Assembly (NCBI RefSeq): GCF_006345805.1
Contig: NW_021833739.1
Location: 1-55,159, forward strand
DNA length: 55,159 nucleotides
DNA from: Octopus sinensis
Taxonomy: Eukaryota
Direction of reading: 5' to 3'
A program made the position numbers and the translations under genes. Every line of letters begins with the position of its first letter. The stretch's first letter is position 1. Below the pieces are notes generated by a model that saw nothing but the letters and a program-made list of their open reading frames with translations, was not told the DNA's origin and made no database searches. Below are positions 15,680 through 28,881 of this stretch, piece by piece.

Positions 15680-16385
15680 TTTGTTTCCATTGAAACTGAA
15701 ACTACGAGTTTGTCTCGCGGCTCCAATATCACTCAACGGTGATCTTCAGGCGAGTTCTCAGCTGAAAACGCAGTAGCGTGAAACTCGAAACTCGGGGTAA
15801 ACTCTGATTTGCAGTTTTAATATAAAAGTCAAATCCTCTACACCATGTATCGAGGAAGTCTCTGTCATTCGTCCGACATAGACCAAGGTTAGGTATGTAT
15901 GTATGTATGTATGTATGTATGTATGTATGTATGTATGTATGTTAGACCACTGGTAACAAAGAATTTTTCTAAGTATTTTTTGCACCCTGAAATTTATTAA
16001 TTAATGATAAAATGTTTTTTGGCTAATTTTGAAAGAAAATCGTCATTTTTTGTATTTGCTGCCGATAAAAAAACTGCGCGTGCGCGGTGGATTTTGAAAA
16101 ATTATAACATGTGAACACGAGGCATGTTCTTTTTCGCCTCGTTTTTATATGTTAATCTCAGCTTTCCTGCTGATGATACCTTCGCCAATGTAGATTATTT
16201 TATTTACTAAAGATTGCTTGAAACCATGCATGGTACAGGAAATAGGGGGTAAATGTTTTTATTTTTCGTCCCCTTTCGATATTACCCCTAATAGGGGTTT
16301 AGCGTTTAACTACTCTTTCTAGCGAATCAGAGGTGCTGTTATGACTATCTCTTATGTGTTTAAATGTACACTTCATTTATATATA

Positions 16386-16429
<44 letters not shown>

Positions 16430-16437
16430 TATATATA

Positions 16438-16690
16438 AAGTAGTTGTATACTGTCAACTTAATGTGACAGTGCCATGAAGGGAATCATACTACTGCTATT
16501 TAGCCCTAGGAAGCATCAACGCTTCCTGTCGGCCTTGACACAGTTCCTGTGTCCTTATGTTTACAAAGGGGAGACAAGCACCCCCAACAGCTAAGCCTGC
16601 ATCCAGAGACTAGTTTCTGAGTCTTGCTCGTCATCAGTCTGGAGTAGCATGGCCTGCTAAGACAACACTAAAACAACACAGAAACTACAA
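16438..16690 (-). mobile_element. Hammerhead-containing non-coding element, diverged relative of the 352-bp unit; 3' end abuts (TA)n
   Basis: HHR at 16602-16643 followed by three hairpins homologous to those of the 352-bp unit. The 5' boundary is uncertain. Confidence 0.75.
16602..16643 (-). ncRNA. Type I hammerhead ribozyme (minimal stem III)
   Basis: UCCAGA-CUGAUGA-c GAG caaga CUC a-GAAA-CUAG-UC/UCUGGA. 6-bp stem I, intact core, GUC site, C.A mismatch at the base of stem II. Confidence 0.8.
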
Positions 16691-16882
16691 CACTTTAATA
16701 TGACCGTCACTGTCAGTATAGCTATCATCACCATCACTAAATATAACATCACCATTAGATTTCCTTCACAATATCAAAGTGAGTTATATACAGTAGCGGT
16801 AACACATCGTGACGTATCAGCGACAGTGGACGCTGGAAAAACTATAAGTATTTGTGAAGGAAATCTAATTCTCGGCGACAAC

Positions 16883-16943
16883 TATGATTGTCACACGCTG
16901 ACGAGAGGTCAATACCTCGAAACTCGAGTCCGTGTGTATCATA
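16883..16943 (+). ncRNA. Type I hammerhead ribozyme, copy 1
   Basis: UAUGAU.ugu.CACACG-CUGACGA-GAGGU caau ACCUC-GAAA-CUCGAG-UC/CGUGUG.u.AUCAUA. All core nucleotides are present; predicted cut after 16930. Confidence 0.9.
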
Positions 16944-17234
16944 AGTTGAAGACGGGAAGGATGACTTCCCTTTGCAAATACTGACAGGACACAGATAGTG
17001 TGTCTATGGCCAGCTGGAGGAGTGTGTCCTCCTGGGGCTAAAAACTACAGTAGCATCCACCCTTAGGGGTAGCCATATTGAAATGGCAAAAATACGTCAC
17101 GATGTGTTACCGCTACTGTATATAACTCACTTTGATATTTATCATTGTTTGATTTCACTTTTTCAATATCAGCGACAGTGGACGCTGGAAAAAGTATAAG
17201 TATTTGTGAAGGAAATCTAATTCTCGGCGACAAC

Positions 17235-17294
17235 TATGATTGTCACACGCTGCGAGAGGTCAATACCTCGAAACTCGAGTCCGTGTGTATCATA
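17235..17294 (+). ncRNA. Type I hammerhead ribozyme, copy 2 (core deletion)
   Basis: Same fold, but CUGACGA reads CUGCGA (one A lost, either mutation or sequencing error). Cut site equivalent at 17281. Confidence 0.7.
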
Positions 17295-17586
17295 AGTTGA
17301 AGACGGGAAGGATGACTTCCCTTTGCAAATACTGACAGGACACAGATAGTGTGTCTATGGCCAGCTGGAGGAGTGTGTCCTCCTGGGGCTAAAAACTACA
17401 GTAGCATCCACCCTTAGGGGTTAGCCATATTGAAATGGCAAAAATACGTCACGATGTGTTACCGCTACTGTATATAACTCACTTTGATATTTATCATTGT
17501 TTGATTTCACTTTTTCAATATCAGCGACAGTGGACGCTGGAAAAAGTATAAGTATTTGTGAAGGAAATCTAATTCTCGGCGACAAC

Positions 17587-17647
17587 TATGATTGTCACAC
17601 GCTGACGAGAGGTCAATACCTCGAAACTCGAGTCCGTGTGTATCATA
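17587..17647 (+). ncRNA. Type I hammerhead ribozyme, copy 3
   Basis: Identical to copy 1; predicted cut after 17634. Confidence 0.9.
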
Positions 17648-17804
17648 AGTTGAAGACTGGAAGGATGACTTCCCTTTGCAAATACTGACAGGACACAGAT
17701 AGTGTGTCTATGGCCAGCTGGAGGAGTGTGTCCTCCTGGGGCTAAAAACTACAGTAGCATCCACCCTTAGGGGTTAGCCATATTGAAATGGCAAAAATAC
17801 GTCA

Positions 17805-17805
<1 letters not shown>

Positions 17806-17835
<30 letters not shown>

Positions 17836-17876
17836 CACTCTACTTCCCTCTCTATCTAGCTAGCTATCTCACTACT

Positions 17877-17912
<36 letters not shown>

Positions 17913-18007
17913 CTCTCTATCATTATCTCTGTACTTTTCTCTCTCGATCTATCAATTTATCTCTCTACTTTTCTCTCTATCTATCTATCTGTCTCTCTAC
18001 TTTTCCC

Positions 18008-18043
<36 letters not shown>

Positions 18044-18230
18044 CTTCTCTCTCTCTCTCTCTCTCCCTCTCTCAATATATATATCTATAAATACACACAC
18101 ACGCACATATGTATGTATATATTATTTCTATCTATTTCTCTATCTGTCTATCTATCTGTTTATTTATCTATCTCTATCTCTATTTTTCTCTCTTTCTCTG
18201 CTTCTCTATATATTGTCTTGTCTCACTTTA

Positions 18231-18305
<75 letters not shown>
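17806..18305. repeat. Compound (TA)n/(TC)n/(TATC)n microsatellite
   Basis: Visible directly. Confidence 0.95.
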
Positions 18306-18308
<3 letters not shown>

Positions 18309-18749
18309 GCCGCATCTCTGCTCCAACCGAACAAGTGATTATTCGGGTATCTGTCTCAATTCTTCTTTTCGAGTGATGTTAATTGATCTCTTAAACATAA
18401 TAACAAGATGTCTGCTTAAAGATAGGATATGGCTTAACAGAAACTAAACTCCATTTTGTTGCCCCGGAGGGGAACACTTTATAGTTCTTTGTCTGTAGAA
18501 TTTCTGAATTCTGATTTAGTTACACATGTTTTGGTTGGCTTTTTTTTTCCTTTTATGTTATTGTATTTCTATATTTTTTCTTTAGCTATGTAGTTAGGCT
18601 AGCTGATTCTCAAATATGTACTATAGTGAGTTAAAAAATTTCCATTGAGTTACATAACACCACCATGAGAAGACAAAATTTCCTTTAAGGACCACTCCAA
18701 TGGTTTCCCACCTTTTCACTAACAATTCTTTTTTATTTCATCTTTCGCT

Positions 18750-19248
18750 TATTTAAGTTACTGGACTGCGGCCAGACTGGGGCACTGCTTTGAAAGTGTT
18801 TTTAGTCAAACAACTCGAACCTAGTATTTATGCTTGTTTGTTTATTTTTGTTTTTTTTAGTCAAGTACTTATTCCATCAGGCTCTTTTGTCGAACCGCTA
18901 AGCTATGGAGACGCAAAGAAACCACACGGGCTGTCGAGCGTTGGTGAGGTACAAACACAAGCTGAAAAACACATACACACACACACAAACACATACACAT
19001 GCACACATCCACACACACACACATATACACACACTAACAGACACACATACACACACTCATACACCTGCACACACATACACTGACACACACTCATACACAT
19101 ACATAGACAATTTTTGTCTGCCAATGGTCGACTCGGGGTTCTGGTAGAAGACATTTGCCCCCTCCTAGACGCTGAGCAGTGGCACTGAACTTGAAACCAC
19201 ACGGCTGCAAACCCAGCTTCTTAACCACACAACTGTGTCGTCTGCGCC
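18750..19248 (-). mobile_element. Diverged SINE family A copy
   Basis: Recognisable tail (gactgcggcc...gaaccgctaag), internal (CA)n, and head (ttcttaaccacacaactgtgtcgtctgcgcct). Confidence 0.65.
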
Positions 19249-19635
19249 TTTCATTGAATTTGCCACGGATACTCATTTATAGGCACGGAAGGGTCTATAT
19301 GCTCAACAAGCCTTGAACTCGGCTGAAGGACCCCTAATCCCTTCTTAGTGGACATCCACCAGTCCACTGACCCAGGTTCGACCTTTGTAACTGCGAAATT
19401 AAACTTCCAGTAATGACACTGGATACCTATCAAAAACTAGTATATATATATATATATACGACGGTCTTCTTTCAGTTTCCGTCTCCCAAATCCACTCACA
19501 AGGCTTTGATCGGCCCGAGGCTATAGTATATATATATAACTGATTGTTATATAAAATTGATTTAGTTAAGGCAATGAAAATTTTAAGCGAATTTGTCTGA
19601 TTTTCACAGTAGAAAGGTTACCTATATTAACAACA

Positions 19636-19956
19636 GTGGAGGCACATTGCCTAGTGGTTAGAGCAGCGGACTCGCAATTGAGGGATCGCGGGTTTGAATC
19701 TCAGACCGGTCGATGTGTGTGTTTCTGAGTGAAACACCTAAGGTTCAAGCGGCTCTTGCAGAAGGCAATGGCGATCTTCTGCTGACTTTTTCGCCACAAT
19801 TTTCTCTCACTCTTTCCTCCTGCATCTTGCTGCTCACCTGCGACGGACCGGCGTCCCGTCCAGGTGGGGAACCTATACGCCAAGAAACTGGGAAACCGGC
19901 CCTTATGAGCCAGGCATAGCTTTAGAACGAACAAACAACAGCAACATTAACAACAA
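19636..19956 (+). mobile_element. tRNA-headed SINE (head type D, tail type 2)
   Basis: gtggaggcacattgcctagtggttagagcagcgg head; cacctgcgacggaccggcgtcccgtccagg block; ends in (CAA)-rich sequence. Second copy at 33938. Confidence 0.8.
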
Positions 19957-20289
19957 GCAAGGGAGAATATTTTAATAATATAGCCCATACAAATTTTTCT
20001 GAAAAACCATAACGCTGCAGTTGATGTTTGTCTTTAAAGACTATCATGTAAAACCAGTGGTTAGGTTTCAATCCTGTCTTTTGCCAGTTACCCTTTAAAG
20101 CAATATGATCTCATTCCTGTTGGGATCGTCTTTATTGCACAAAAATGTATATTACCGTGATAGTATCACAGTTATTTGCCTAGTTATTTTAGATTTTTAA
20201 CGCCACCGGAGGGAGGTTTTGTTTTCTCATTGCAGAGATAATGTCATTTAATCGTAATTTCTTTTTCACTTCACAGAGACTGGTTGTTT

Positions 20290-20640
20290 ATTCGTTGGTT
20301 GGTTGGTTAATTGGTTAGTTGCTTAGTTGCTTGGCTGCTTGGTTGCTTCACTGCTTGGTTGCTAAGCTGCTTGGTTGCTTGGCTGCTTGATTGCTTGATT
20401 GTTTGGTTGGTTAATAGACTGGCTGGTTGATTGCATTGTAGTCTAGTCCTTGGTTGATTGGATGGTCGGTTATTTGGTCTATTTTGCTGAACCGCTAAGT
20501 TACAAGGACATAAACACACCAACACCGTTGGCTGCTTGTTTGTTTACTTGCTTGCTTGCTGGTTACTTTTCTTGCTTTCAGTTGTAAAAATGATGGTTTC
20601 GATGGTTGGTAGTTGATTGAGTTTAGTCGACTTGTTACTT
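20290..20640. repeat. Degenerate (TTGG/TTGC)n low-complexity tract
   Basis: Visible directly; contains a short SINE A fragment near 20480-20525. Confidence 0.8.
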
Positions 20641-21030
20641 GGTAGTAAACATTATCCTCATTTACTTACCATTCCTCATCGGGGATAATTTGGTTCTAAA
20701 CAACACAATTAGATGCTACTTACGGTAATTGGCGTAAAGCAGACAGATGTTGACGCACAAACTGACGTATGCAAAAATTCTTAATGAATTGAATTTTTTT
20801 CTTTTCTTTAATTCAAAACAAAACACGAAAATCTAATGGTGACTGTTGGCAATTCTTGAAGATAAGAGTGGGTTAATTTCAACGAATTAAGAATTAATTA
20901 TAAGAAATGCTCTATAATAGGATGATCTTAAACAGACGACAACAACTGTACAGAACGACGCCATTTTGCAACGAATCTTACCAATCAAAAATGCTATAAC
21001 TCATGTTTAACAAAAAAGAAAACGGTTGTA

Positions 21031-22085
21031 TGTGATTGTGTGGTAAGATGGCGGCGAGCTGGCAGAAACGTTAGCACGGCGGGCGAAATTTTTAGCGGTA
21101 TTTCGTCTGCCGCTACGTTCTGAGTTCAAATTCTGCCGAGGTCGACTTTGCCTTTCATCCTTTCGGGGTCGATAAATTAAGTACCAGTTACGCAATGGGG
21201 TCGATGTAATTGACTTAATCCGTTTGTCTGTCCTTGTTTGTCCTCTCTGTGTTTAGCCCCTTGTGGGTAGTAAAGAAATAGTTATTTCGTCTGCCGCTAC
21301 GTTCTGAGTTCAAATTCTGCCGAGGTCGACTTTGCCTTTCATCCTTTCGTGGTCGATAAATTTAAGTACCCACTGGGATCGATATAATCGACTTAATCCG
21401 TTTGTCTGTCCTTGTTTGTCCTCTCTGTGTTTAGCCCCTTGTGGGTAGTAAAGAAATAGGTATTTCGTCTGCCGCTACGTTCTGAGTTCAAATTCCGCCG
21501 AGGTCGACTTTGCCTTTCATCCTTTCGGGATCGATTAAATAAGTACCAGTTACGCACTGGGGTCGATGTAATTGACTTAATCCGTTTGTCTGTCCTTGTT
21601 TGTCCTCTCTGTGTTTAGCTCCTTGTGGGTAGTGAAGAAATAGGTATTTCGTCTGTCGTTAAGTTCTGAGTTCAAATTCCGCCGAGGTTGACTCTATGTT
21701 TAGCCCCTTGTGGGCAATAAAGAAATAAGAAGCTTCTTTCCCAATCCAGTGGCTCCGGGTTCAATCCGGGGACAAGTGTCTTTTATTCTAGCTTCGAGCC
21801 GACCAAAGCCTTGTGAGTGGATGTGGTAGGTGGAAACTGAAAGAAGCTCGTCGTATATATATATGCATGTATCTTTGTGCCTGTGTCTTTGTGTTTGTGT
21901 TTGTTCCCTATCACCAGCTGACAACCGGTATTGCTGTATTTATGTGTCTGTAACTTAGTGGTTCGGCAAAAGAGACTGATATGAAAAATAAGCCCCAGGG
22001 TCGATTTGTTCAACCAAAAACACTTCAAGAGGGTGCTCCAGCATGGCTGCAGTCAAGTAACTGAAACAAGTAAGAGATAAAAGAC
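21031..22085 (+). mobile_element. SINE family A copy split by a family B insertion
   Basis: The head tgtgattgtgtggtaaga (21031-21048) resumes as aagcttctttcccaatcc after 21731 and continues to the family A tail. Confidence 0.7.
21050..21731 (+). mobile_element. SINE family B with internal 184-bp tandem array (3 full units plus 1 deleted unit)
   Basis: Unit starts (tatttcgtctgcc) at 21099, 21283, 21461 and 21645. Ends gggcaataaagaaataagaa. Confidence 0.88.
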
Positions 22086-22194
22086 ATTCACCAAAGCTAT
22101 CAACGCTTTACAACGAAAGACTTAAATATGATCAATGCACTTTTTCATGATTCGCAAGATTAGCAGAGACACGAACTGAAAACACGATAATCCT

Positions 22195-23042
22195 TTCTGG
22201 TATAGACACACAGCCTGGAATTCCGTTCAAGCAATTCGTAATGGATAATCCCTTCCCAGTCCCACCATACGCACAACATCGTTTTACGCGGATGAAGATC
22301 TTGTTTCACGCATGGAATCGCTTGTTTGCCAGGGCTACGCCATTTCTTACGCTTCTTCATATTGATGTACAGGCACCATTTTCCGTCGCCAGTGACGATT
22401 CGCTAAAGAAATCGTTGCTTGTGTCCATGAGTTGAGCGGTGACGAGTAAACAAACCAGCGGAGATTGTGGCTCGTTGAATTTTGTTATTGTCACTTAAAG
22501 CATACGGAACCCGTGCTCCATACTTCTGAACCCTTCCCATCGATTGAAGATGCTTCTTTATAGCAGTGTGGGAGCATTCCATTTTCTCTGCCAGTTCCCT
22601 TGTTGTTTGAGGAGAATTTTCGTGCAAAAGTTGGTTTAATCGCTCTTCATCGAACTCAACAGAACGACAAGAACGAGGTGCGTCTTTGAGGTCAAAATTT
22701 CCATTTTTGAACTTGGCATACGCATCTCGAGCGGTTCTTTCAGCTATGGCACCCTCCCCATACATAGCACCAATGTTACGAGCAGCTTTTACGGCCTTAG
22801 AACCTTGATTAAAAGCAAAAAGAAGGAGGTGTCGAAAATGCTCGTTTTTCTTAATTGACATTCCATTTTAATGATCTGAAAATAAACAATAATTAACTAA
22901 AATGAACTAGAAAAAAAAAACAAAATAGATTCCAAAATTATTCAAAGATAGACTTCTCGAAAAAAAATAGATTCCAAAATTTAAAAACGCAATAAATTCC
23001 AAAATATAAAAAAACCGCGGGAACTTAGTTGCCAACCAAATA
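22195..23042 (-). mobile_element. Mariner element, 5' half (TIR, HTH domains, first catalytic D)
   Basis: TIR ttggttggcaactaagttcccgcgg. ORF 22403-22861 (HFRHLLLFAF...DLKDAPRSCR), then IVTGDGKW and HPRKTMLCVWWD. Confidence 0.9.
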
Positions 23043-24739
23043 CATAATTCATCTCTTAAATATAGAATTCTATTATCTTTATTTGAATTTAGATATTCAG
23101 CTGGTCATTTTAGAAAATATCCAGTTCTTCTGATTTGTAGTAGAACTTTTCCATATTTTAGATATCGATTACATTTCTATTGCACTGCTCTGCTATCTCG
23201 TTATCTTTCATCCAGCTAATACTTCCTTCATCAGTACTTTTGTCTAGTTTTACATTTTCTCAACACCCGTTTTTAAATAGAGTTTCCGATGTGGATATGA
23301 AATAATTTTCATTGAGTAGTTCAGTTTTAATATCTAGAATACTTCTATTCCGGGTATTTGTTTCGTAATATTTGTGCACATTGAGGGTACTCGATAGTAC
23401 AGGGGTGATAGTATATCGTTTACTTTTGCTGACGTAGTTGGATGGTAAGAAGCTTATAGACTTGATTGTGTGGTAAGGTCGTTTATATGCAGATAAAACT
23501 GCCAGGCACAGGTATGGCTGTGTGGTTGAGAGATACGCTTTGTAAATATATGGTTTCAGGTTCAATCCTACTAAATATGTGTTAACTTGCTCAGGATGTC
23601 GAGAGCAATACATAGGCCAAACCAAAAAGTCTATGTCAGAGGTTGACCATACATAGATCCCAGATTAAAATTCGGGAATACAGAAAAATAACATTTAGCG
23701 AACACATCGACATTTGCGCCACTAACGAACAACCCAACTTTAGAATTTTTATCCTATAAATTCAGGGAAGATGCAACCTATAATCAACGCATTAGCAAAG
23801 AGTCAAATTTTATCGCAAAATATAAACCGCTTTTGAATGCTTCCATCTCAGATGAGGTAGACGCATTCAAAAGCTAACGTTTCAGCCAGCTCGCCGCCTT
23901 GTGCGTGTATGTGTGTTTGCGTCTTTGCGCGTATCCTTTTGCACGCATCTGCTTTGCTTCCAATCTACTATAATTTTAATGTCAATTCATCGAAAATACT
24001 TTATAGAAATAATGGTTGATCGACAACAATCAATGAACAAAAAATATCATTTGATCGAAATAAACAGCTGCTGCAATCAATGATTCAAGTAAATTATGGC
24101 AACTATTAAATTCATATAAAATATATTTTCCCGAAATGTTATAAAATAAAAGTTTATATGTCAGGTTTGAAAACCTATGTACTTTAAGCTAATGGCCCTT
24201 TATGGGGGCAAAATCTGTGGTATTTGAATCAATGTTGAAAAACGAGACTAATGTACGAAGAAATTAGCAATTCAATAAAATTAGAATAAACTTAATAACA
24301 ACATGTTATTGATAATTTATAATAGTGTGATAAATTACATATCGATCGATTGATTTCTGCATAAAGAAGAATAAAGCCTTGGAGACTTACATACAGACTT
24401 AGATATCTACTTCTATAGATACACGTGTATACATGTGGTACAATACTTCGGTCCAATAAAAATATACTAAACAAAATATGCGTTTGTTTTTGAGAGTGTG
24501 TGAGTGTGTATATAGATAGACAGACAGACAGACAGAAGACAGGCTGACAGACAGATAGATATGTTTCTTTATTAGCCACACAGGGCTACACACAGACGGG
24601 ACAAATTACAAGGTAGAGCTTTTCTTTTTGGGGAGAAAAAGAAAGGTGGGGGTAGGTTTTCGATCAAAAGGGATCGTAAAAAGGAAAGAAAAAGGAAAGA
24701 GAAAGAGGAAAGAAAGGAAAAGAAAAATCGATCAATAGA

Positions 24740-25790
<1,051 letters not shown>

Positions 25791-26489
25791 AATCTGAATT
25801 TGGTGAAATCTTAGTTTCTAATAAGTAAAACTGTACAATTTGGTTCAACAAAGAATGGTACTGAAACCATTATAGCCAAATACTTTATCTTCTGCTCTAC
25901 TGATATCTTCTATATTTGCATTCATACATGTATGTATGCTTGTGCGAACACGCTATCTTCAAGATAGCGTGTTTTGCATTAATTTGATATCATTATGTCA
26001 TATATTCTTATAGTGTACGGAAGTGGGTCGAAAAGTGATGCTAAAGCTATAAAACTTAGCATGCATTAATTTCGACCCTTGTTATTGATAATTGCTCTGT
26101 GTCTTTCCAAGTAAACTAATGTGTTATTGATTCAAAAAGATACCAAATGTAACTTGTAGCGACTTCTCTTGATAATGTACAAAATTTTACTTGGAGAAAA
26201 AGGGTTTCGCACTGATATAGTTGCTGCGTTAGTTCACTATTCTGAAAATTTTTTAATTCATTGAAACTTTTATTTTAACCACTACACTGTTGTTTGAAGA
26301 AAAGTAACCCCAATAATGCTGGCGTGCAGTTAAAACCAGTTGTAAGGAGAAATGGAATAGCATAAGACTAACGGTTATACCATATGTCGTTCAGGTTGTT
26401 GTTTTCAACGATTGCACTAAAAGAGAGGAGGCAATTGTGCCCAGAATTCCGCTCACGGCACTATATTTCACAAAACTATGGTGGATACA

Positions 26490-26826
26490 GTGAAGGCACA
26501 TTGCTCAGTGGTTAGAGCGTCGAATTACGATCGTAAGGTTGTGAGTTCGATTCCCGGACCGGGTTGCGTGTTGTGCTCTTGAGCAAGACACTTTATTTCA
26601 CGTTGCTCCAGTTCACTCAGCTGTAGAAATGAGTTGCGACGTCACAGGTGCCAAGCTGTATCGGCCCCTTTGCTTCTCCCTTGGATAACATCGGTGGCGT
26701 GGAGAGGGGAGGCCGGTATGCATGGGCGACTGCTGGTCTTCCATAAACAACCTTGCCCGCACTTGTTCCTGAGAGGGTAACTTTCTATGTGCAATCCCAC
26801 GGTCAGTCATGACCGAAGAGGATCTC
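26490..26826 (+). mobile_element. tRNA-headed SINE with CORE-like centre
   Basis: A box (tgctcagtggttagagc) and B box (gagttcgattccc), then gtgctcttgagcaagacactttatttcacgttgctccagttcactcagctgtagaaatgag, which resembles the CORE domain from recall. Confidence 0.7.
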
Positions 26827-27569
26827 AGCAGGTGGGTACAAATCTACTATCATATAAGACGGGACTCATCGTAATACTTTATTTCTTTAGCACAGCATGT
26901 ATTGTCAATCCAACATTTTGTTATTTCTTAAGCACAGCATCCAACATTCGATGCAAAGGTTTCCTCTAAGCAATTCGATTTCTGCCTGTTTTAAGAACAG
27001 ATTTTCTTTCCAAAGTGATGATGAGTACAGACCTAATACAAAAGCTGAGGCTCATCACTTGTCTTTATATAATTTCTTTTAGCACAGCATGTATCGTAAA
27101 CCCAACATTTGAATGCGTAAGTTTTCTGCAAGTTAGAATTATGTTATTCTTCGTCAGATTACCAAACACTTCGGTTTATTTTCATTTTTTCATATTATTT
27201 TAAGAACTAAAAAAATTCCTGCACAAAAGATAAGAATGCGTTCAATAACAGTTTCAAATGAAATAAAACTGCTTCCACGTCTATTTAATCCTATGTTCAT
27301 ACTTAATTCGCCTGGATTAAGTATTTTAGGTTTGTACACTTGTATTACGAAATCTACGCGTTGCGTTCAAAAATTTTCCGACTTTAGTTTTTTTCTGCCA
27401 AAACTAACATCACGTGGGCAAAACAATTTATGTGGAAGATGATGTTGCCTTTCATACGCATGCATGAAATTTTTTGCTCTGGCGAACTGCGTCATTTTCT
27501 GGCTGTTACGCCTAGAGTAAACGCATGTGGTGCATGCCCGTCGGATTTTCATTTTCCCAGAACGCATCG

Positions 27570-27705
27570 AGGCGCAGGCGTGGCTGTGTGGTAAGAAGCT
27601 TGCTTCCCAGCCACATGGCTCCGGGTTCAGTCCCACTGCGTGGCACCTTGGGCAAGTGTCTTCTACTATAGCCTCGGGCCCGACCAAAGCCTTGTGAGTG
27701 GATTT
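27570..27705 (+). mobile_element. SINE family A, 5' part
   Basis: aggcgcaggcgtggctgtgtggtaagaagc...ccttgtgagtgga. Confidence 0.85.
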
Positions 27706-27950
27706 TTTTTAATTATTACTTTGCCACGATTAATTGAATACAGCAATGTCTTGGATTCAATTCCCACGAAGCGTTCACTTTGTGAGCGTTTGTGTACAGG
27801 AAATATTTCCCTATGTTCAATCCGAACTCCACTAATTTTGGATCACCTTTGATAAACCTTGCGTTAACATACATTTCAGGAAACACTAATATAAATGCTA
27901 ATGTTCTCTTTAAACTTGTATGTATGTAAATATATGAATATTATATATAT

Positions 27951-27982
<32 letters not shown>

Positions 27983-28347
27983 GTTGAGTGTAGAAATTCG
28001 GGGTGAGTACTTGATAATTATAAGCACCTGTGTATACCGTTTGATCAATTTATTTTATTTTGATCAATATATATAATATATATATATAGTAGTATATTAT
28101 AAAGAGAATGGGGAGTTTGAATACAGTAAAATCAATTTATCTACGTAACTGTCAATTCCGTAATGCCTACGTAATACCAAAATTGACATATTTATATTCA
28201 TATCCTAATAGATTAAGTGTTCACTATAAATTGAGTGCTATATTCAAACTCTCCCATTTTCTTTGTATTATACAACTAAATTTATATTCACATATATCGA
28301 ATAACACATCCCTGGAAGGAGCAATCTCTTTCTTTATAAAACATCAT

Positions 28348-28438
<91 letters not shown>

Positions 28439-28680
28439 ATATAATAAAACTTTATATATAAAGAACGTGAAATTCACGAATTGACGAACACGGAAAACAG
28501 ACAGTCATTCAGAGCCTTCATTCTTCAGTCAGAAACCGATTCATCATGGCAAATTTCGGCTGTTTAATTCTGAGATTTGCTCCAAAACGGCCAGCCCCAA
28601 GGAAAAGCTAAGCTATGGGCATTAGATTTCCTTGGTAGAAGGAAAGAATGTGACAGCAGAGACATATATATATATATATA

Positions 28681-28881
28681 GTTAATCCAAACATGAAAGC
28701 ACAAAAAAACACAACAACGAGAGGACGTGGAACAAATATAGTATTATTGGACGCTCAGGAAGGAAGGAAAGAAGGGGGGGTTTAACGTTTCGAGCGGAGT
28801 TCTTCGTCGGAAACATAGGAGAAGGAAAGATCAAGAGAAGGGAAGACAGAGGGAAAAAATCGCCAACGGTACACACGCGGT

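Larger units (their letters stand above)
16771..17805 (+). mobile_element. Retrozyme-like tandem array: 2.8 x 352-bp units, each with a hammerhead, preceded by a 46-bp inverted segment
   Basis: Units start at 16816, 17168 and 17520 and are near-identical. 16771-16816 is the reverse complement of ~17093-17139. The 3' end abuts (TA)n. Confidence 0.85.

Noticed and set aside
15764-15800. Hammerhead-like ctgaaaacgcagtagcgtgaaactcga
   Set aside because: The core lacks G8, and there is no UH site or stem I. It may be a relic but is not supportable.
16700-17688. Repeated small ORF (…SATVDAGK…CKY) in the 352-bp units
   Set aside because: It starts outside the unit, is frameshifted in copy 2, shows no known motif, and overlaps the ribozyme. 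It is best explained as incidental.
28440-28670. TA-flanked insert with tcttcag and tttcgg motifs suggesting a minus-strand HHR
   Set aside because: The motifs are in the wrong order and no stems close. It may be a repeat, but no ribozyme call is possible.
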